From NCBI GenBank assembly GCA_030840585.1, contig JAVEEG010000254.1:1-54195 (forward strand): 54,195 nt of DNA. Reading direction: 5' to 3'. The position numbers and the translations under genes were made by a program. Shown here piece by piece: positions 49,945 to 54,195 of the stretch (positions are counted from its first letter, which is position 1; each line of letters starts with the position of its first letter). The notes under the pieces are model-generated. The model made no database searches. It worked only from the letters and a program-made list of their open reading frames with translations, and was not told the DNA's origin. The stretch comes from Frankiaceae bacterium. GTDB taxonomy: Bacteria > Actinomycetota > Actinomycetes > JAFAQI01.

Positions 49945-52836
49945 CTAACCCGAACGAGACGCCGGCTTCTTCGCCTCCGCCGCCAGCTGCGCGATCAACG
50001 TCGCCACCCGCTTCTCCGCGGCCGCGTACGCCGTCAGGTCACCCGCCCGCAACGCCTTCTCCGCCGCAGCTTGTGCCTCGGTGAGCTGGGTGATGAGCGC
50101 CGCCACCGACGGGCTCACGCCGTGATCGCCACCGTTCGACGGGCCCGGCGTGGGTGGCGACGGAGCGGTGCCACCGAACACCGCGTCCAGTGCCAGCTGC
50201 AACGTCGGTTGATACGCGACGGTGCCGTTGAACGACACCAGCACCCGCTTCAGCGTCGGGAACGACGTCTGCCCGGCCGACTTCACGTAGATCGGCTCGA
50301 CGTAGAGGAATGAGTTGCCGAGCGGCAACGTGAGCAAGTTACCGAGGTCGACCTTCGATCCGCCGTTGCGCAGCAACGACAGCTCGGTTGACGCGGGCGT
50401 GAACGACTCGAACTCGTTCGCGACCTGGCCCGGCCCGTTGACCTGCGCGTTGCTGGGCAGTTGCAGCACCGACATCGTGCCGTACTCCGGCGACGTCGGA
50501 TCGCTTTGCACCGACACGAACGCGGCCAGGTTCGGCCGCCTGTTCTGCAACAACGACGTCGTCAACTGGAACGACGCCGACGTCTGCCCCGGCAGCGCCA
50601 ACGTCAAGTAGTACGGCGGCTGCGGCACCTTGACCGCCGGCTTCTGCTGCTCGCGCGCGGGGTCGTCCGGCACCAGCCAGTAGTCCGTCCCCGCGTAGAA
50701 CGAGTGCGCGTCGGTGATGTGGTACTTCGTCAGCAGCGTGCGCTGCACCTTGAACAAGTCTTCTGGATAGCGCAGGTGCGCGAGCAGGTCGGCGGGGATC
50801 GCCGACTGCGGCTGCACGATGCCCGGGAACGCCTTCTTCCAGGTCTCGAGTACGGCGTCGCGCGGGCCCCACTGGTAGAGCGTCACCGTGCCGTCGTACG
50901 CGTCGACGGTCGCCTTCACCGAGTTGCGGATGTAGTTGACCTCGCCGGCCGGCCGGCCGCCGCGCGTCTGCGACAGCGTGTCGTTGGTCGCCGACGACAG
51001 CGACGTGCGCGCGGCGTACGGGAACCCGTCGGTCGTCGTGTACCCGTCGACGATCCAGAGGATGTGGTCGCCCACGATCGCCGGGTACGGGTCACTGTCC
51101 AGCGTCAGGAACGGCGCCACCTTCGCCACCCGGTCCCGCGGGTTGCGGACGTAGAGGATCCGCGACGAACCGTTGACACCGCTGGAAAACAACAGGTTCT
51201 TGTCCTTGAACCGCAGCGCGTAGAGCAGCCGCCGCCAACCCGATCCGATCGACACGCCGCCATGGCCGGTGTAGGTGTTGTTCTGCTGCCCGATCCCGCT
51301 GTTGTCCGGGAAGTCGAGCTCGCGATCCTTGCCGCCCTTCGGCGCGCCGACGATCGAGAACGTGGGCGACGTCTCGCCGAAGTAGATGCGCGGCTGGAAG
51401 CCGGACGCGAGCGATCCCGTCGGCGGGATGTCGCTCTCGTCGAACACCGGCGTGCCGTCGGACTGCACGGTGTTGCTCGCCGCGGCGACGATGCCGTACC
51501 CGTGCGTGTAGACGAGGTGCTGGTTGATCCACGACTGCTGCCCGGCGGCCAAGCCGTCGAGGTTGATGTCGCGGACCGCGACGACCTGCTCCTGCTGCTT
51601 GTCACCCACGCCGTACCGGTCGACGTCGAGGGTCGACGGGAACGTGTAGAAGCTCTTGAACCCCTGCAATTGCTGGAAGGTGTCCGGCATCTCGGTCGGG
51701 TCGAGCAACCGCAGGTTCGGCAACGTGAGCTGGTCGCCGCGCAACGACTTCGTGTCGCCCGGCTGCACCCCGGTGTACGTCGTCGACTTCACCGACTCGC
51801 CCGGCACCAGGCCGTACGCCAGCCGAGTCTGCTCGATGTTGCGGGAGATGTACGGCGCCTCCTTGTCCGCCTCGCTCGGCCGGACCGAGAACTGCTGCAC
51901 CAGCAACGGGTAGATGCCGCCGATCACGATCGCGCCGAGCGCCATCACCCCGAATGCGATCGCCGGCAGCCGCCAATTGCGGATCCGGACGTTCGCGAAG
52001 AAGATGCCGGCGCAGATCACCGCAAGGACGACGAGGATCGTCTTCGCCGGGATCACTGCGTGCACGTCGGTGTACGACGCTCCGGTGTCGACGAAGCCAC
52101 GGCGGGAGAAGTTGAGCCCGTAACGGTCGAGCCAGTAGGCCCACGCCTTCAACAGCACGAACACGCCGAGCAGGACGGACAGGTGCGCGCGGGTGGCCGG
52201 CGTCACCTTCGGCCCCGCGGTCTGCGGCCGCAGCCCACCAGAGAGGTACGCCGTCGCGAGCACCGCGAGCAGCGACACGACGACGACCGCGAACAGCATG
52301 CTGAGCAAGAACCGCTGCATCGGCAACGTGAACGCGTAGTACGAGATGTCGCGATGGAACTGCGGATCCTTCGATCCGAACGACGTGCCGTTACGCCACT
52401 GCAGCCAGGTCTTCCAACGCCCGGCGGCCGCGGATCCCGTGATGAGAGTCAGTACGACGAGCACGGCGGCGAGGATCCAGGTACGCGCCGGATGCAACGC
52501 GGCTCGCAACGCTTCCAGTTGCTGCTGCTCCTGCGACGCCGGTCGGTGCTCCGGGCGCAGCCGGTACGCGGTCACGACGTTCGCGCCGACCACCAGTGCG
52601 AACGGCACGCCGAACAGGAAGAACAGCACGAGCTGCGTCATCAGCCGCCGGGAGAACACCCCGCCGAAGCCGACCGACTGGAACCACAGGTAGTCGGTCT
52701 CCAACGTGACGTACGCCGTTACCGCCAGCGCGAGCAGCGCCAGCACGACGAGGATGAGCAGCACCCGCCGGTTGCGCCCGGTCAGCCGCGGCACCGCGTT
52801 GGGACGGGGAAACGAAAACGGCGTACTCGATGCCAC
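49945..52836 (-). CDS. UPF0182 family membrane protein
   Basis: 963 aa. The N-terminal 'ETDYLWFQSVGFGGVFSRRL' and about seven TM helices are followed by a large soluble domain. The size and layout are typical of actinobacterial UPF0182 proteins. Confidence 0.85.
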   Translation of the reverse strand: MASSTPFSFPRPNAVPRLTGRNRRVLLILVVLALLALAVTAYVTLETDYLWFQSVGFGGVFSRRLMTQLVLFFLFGVPFALVVGANVVTAYRLRPEHRPASQEQQQLEALRAALHPARTWILAAVLVVLTLITGSAAAGRWKTWLQWRNGTSFGSKDPQFHRDISYYAFTLPMQRFLLSMLFAVVVVSLLAVLATAYLSGGLRPQTAGPKVTPATRAHLSVLLGVFVLLKAWAYWLDRYGLNFSRRGFVDTGASYTDVHAVIPAKTILVVLAVICAGIFFANVRIRNWRLPAIAFGVMALGAIVIGGIYPLLVQQFSVRPSEADKEAPYISRNIEQTRLAYGLVPGESVKSTTYTGVQPGDTKSLRGDQLTLPNLRLLDPTEMPDTFQQLQGFKSFYTFPSTLDVDRYGVGDKQQEQVVAVRDINLDGLAAGQQSWINQHLVYTHGYGIVAAASNTVQSDGTPVFDESDIPPTGSLASGFQPRIYFGETSPTFSIVGAPKGGKDRELDFPDNSGIGQQNNTYTGHGGVSIGSGWRRLLYALRFKDKNLLFSSGVNGSSRILYVRNPRDRVAKVAPFLTLDSDPYPAIVGDHILWIVDGYTTTDGFPYAARTSLSSATNDTLSQTRGGRPAGEVNYIRNSVKATVDAYDGTVTLYQWGPRDAVLETWKKAFPGIVQPQSAIPADLLAHLRYPEDLFKVQRTLLTKYHITDAHSFYAGTDYWLVPDDPAREQQKPAVKVPQPPYYLTLALPGQTSASFQLTTSLLQNRRPNLAAFVSVQSDPTSPEYGTMSVLQLPSNAQVNGPGQVANEFESFTPASTELSLLRNGGSKVDLGNLLTLPLGNSFLYVEPIYVKSAGQTSFPTLKRVLVSFNGTVAYQPTLQLALDAVFGGTAPSPPTPGPSNGGDHGVSPSVAALITQLTEAQAAAEKALRAGDLTAYAAAEKRVATLIAQLAAEAKKPASRSG

Positions 52837-52864
52837 CGTCGAAACCTACCGCGTACCCGCCGCC

Positions 52865-54195
52865 CTACTTGGCCGGCGGCGACCACACCGGCAGCAGCAG
52901 CGCGAACTCGGCACCCTTGCCTGGCTCCGCGTCGACCGTGAACGCCAGCCCGAACCGGGTCGCGACCCGGCTGACGAAGCCGAGGCCGAGCCCCATGCCA
53001 CCGACCCGCCGGGTCTCGGACGCGTCGGCCTGCGAGAAGTCGCCGACCAGCTCGGCCGCGAGTCGCGGATCGAATCCCGGCCCTTGGTCGCGCACGGCGA
53101 TCCGCACGTGCCGGCCGTCGTCGGTGAGTGTCGCGGTCAGCGTGATCGCCGCACCGGGCGGCGTGTACTTGACCGCGTTGTCGGCGAACTCGTCGAGCGC
53201 CCGGTTCACCCAGCGCGGGTCGGCGTACACCGGCGGCAGCCGCGAGCCGACCCGCCGCTTGATGTCACCGGCCCGGCTCGGGTACGCCGCCCGCCATGCG
53301 GCCAGCCGCTCCTCGACCAACGTCCGCACTGACGTCTTGCCCTGCTCGGCCGCGACCCGGCCCGCTTCCAGTGCCGCGACGTCGACGAGCAACTCGACCA
53401 CCCGGCTCATCCGCGCGGTCGAGTTGAGGATCTCGTCGATAAAGCCGCGCCGCTGATCCGGGTTGAGGTCGCTGCGCCGAGCGAGCAATTCGGCGTACCC
53501 GCGGATCGGGGTGAGCGGTGTCCTCAGTTCGTGGCTGACGTTGGCGAGGAACTCCGACTTGATCCGCTCGATGTCGACCTCGCGGGTGCGGTCGGACACG
53601 ACCAGCACCCGGCCTTCGCCACCGCCCAACGGCGCGGCGCCGAGCCGCACCGGCACGGTCGCACCGGCCGACGACGTCAGCCGACCTTCGACCACACGCT
53701 CCGACGTAAGCAGCGATCGGCCCTCGCCGTCGACGACATCGAGCACGTCGCGCAACGGCTTGCCGATCGCGTCGTCCGCGCCGATTCCCAGCAATGACAA
53801 GGCAGTCGCGTTCACCGCCGTCACCCGGTCTTTGCCATCGACGACAACAAGACCGTCAGTCATCGACTCGACCACTGTCTCCAGCCGGGCGCGCAACGCC
53901 GCTTCCTGTTCGGCCGCGGCCCGCAGGCCACCGGTCGCGGATCGAAGTGACGCGGTCATCGCATCGAACGCGCGCGCAAGCTGGCCGACCTCGTCCCGGG
54001 TGCGCACCTGTGTCTCGGTGTCGAGGTCGCCACGCCGGACCCGTCCGGCCGCCACGGTCAACCGGCGGACCGGATCCGCGATCCGGCGGGCCAGCAGGAT
54101 GCCGAGAAGGACGACGACGAGCAACGCGATCAATGCGGTCACGAACATCCGGCGGAGCACACTGCGCTGCGCACTCAACGCCTCTTCCGCCGACT
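52865..54195 (-). CDS. sensor histidine kinase (TM-HAMP-PAS-HisKA-HATPase), 5'-partial at the window edge
   Basis: The frame stays open to nt 54195. 'SHELRTPLTPIRGYAELL' is the H-box. 'DNAVKYTPPG', 'DQGPGF' and 'GGMGLGLGF' are the N, G1 and G2 boxes. Confidence 0.85.
   Translation of the reverse strand, partial: SAEEALSAQRSVLRRMFVTALIALLVVVLLGILLARRIADPVRRLTVAAGRVRRGDLDTETQVRTRDEVGQLARAFDAMTASLRSATGGLRAAAEQEAALRARLETVVESMTDGLVVVDGKDRVTAVNATALSLLGIGADDAIGKPLRDVLDVVDGEGRSLLTSERVVEGRLTSSAGATVPVRLGAAPLGGGEGRVLVVSDRTREVDIERIKSEFLANVSHELRTPLTPIRGYAELLARRSDLNPDQRRGFIDEILNSTARMSRVVELLVDVAALEAGRVAAEQGKTSVRTLVEERLAAWRAAYPSRAGDIKRRVGSRLPPVYADPRWVNRALDEFADNAVKYTPPGAAITLTATLTDDGRHVRIAVRDQGPGFDPRLAAELVGDFSQADASETRRVGGMGLGLGFVSRVATRFGLAFTVDAEPGKGAEFALLLPVWSPPAK

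Noticed and set aside
50461-52941. 826-aa plus-strand ORF
   Set aside because: It is antisense to the UPF0182 gene, which has the characteristic N-terminal motif and TM pattern. The translation is Arg-rich and low in complexity.
1-54195. Search for tRNA/rRNA genes, CRISPR arrays, IS elements, integrases, prophage or conjugation genes
   Set aside because: I found no T-loop/acceptor-like tRNA signatures, no regularly spaced repeats, and no transposase, integrase or recombinase-like ORFs. The window looks like core or accessory chromosome rather than a mobile element. This was an eye scan only.

Overview
Very GC-rich, actinobacterial-type chromosomal DNA that is densely coding. I can support about 45 CDS. 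Many long Arg/Pro-rich ORFs on the opposite strands are GC-content shadows. I see no rRNA, tRNA, CRISPR array, transposase or integrase.

Gene content, left to right:
- A Kelch-like ORF.
- A translationally coupled pair: a sigma-like protein and a CDP-alcohol-transferase-like membrane protein.
- A degenerate YrdC-like gene, an EcsC-like gene and a hypothetical gene.
- An alanine-rich protein that probably carries a frameshift.
- A c-di-GMP cluster: a GGDEF protein, a divergent membrane GGDEF-EAL protein and a hemerythrin.
- An S53 sedolisin peptidase.
- A protein-glutamine glutaminase homologue with no signal peptide and an odd Trp/Cys/Arg-rich segment.
- A lipoprotein.
- A 1153-aa Asp-box beta-propeller protein fused to a polytopic membrane domain carrying HEEAH. 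It appears to be co-transcribed with a second, paralogous GGDEF-EAL gene.
- An HxlR-led operon of four overlapping genes (HxlR regulator, membrane protein, DUF2867-like, Zn-ADH).
- A MacB/FtsX-type ABC exporter.
- An FN3-FN3-M15 (LAS) cell-wall peptidase.
- A CxxCxGxG mini zinc-finger ORF followed by a leaderless 1069-aa zincin (HELGH ... HEDFAE) with four C-terminal repeats.
- A wall-anchored (LANSG) Asp-box propeller protein.
- A VOC/glyoxalase.
- A compact, atypical type-VII-like secretion locus at 37.3-46.4 kb (described below).
- A LemA / DUF2207-like pair.
- An operon of a 5'-partial histidine kinase, a UPF0182 membrane protein and an orphan 470-aa protein.

The type-VII-like locus is the most interesting block. 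It has a Ser/Thr kinase divergent from an EssC/EccC-like ATPase that combines a ubiquitin-like segment, an FHA domain and three FtsK/SpoIIIE modules. Downstream are a single-chain double-WXG protein, a small helical protein coupled to a WXG-headed 370-aa protein, and an EspG-like protein. No EccB, EccD, EccE or mycosin is present.

All family calls come from motif recognition by eye, not from searches.
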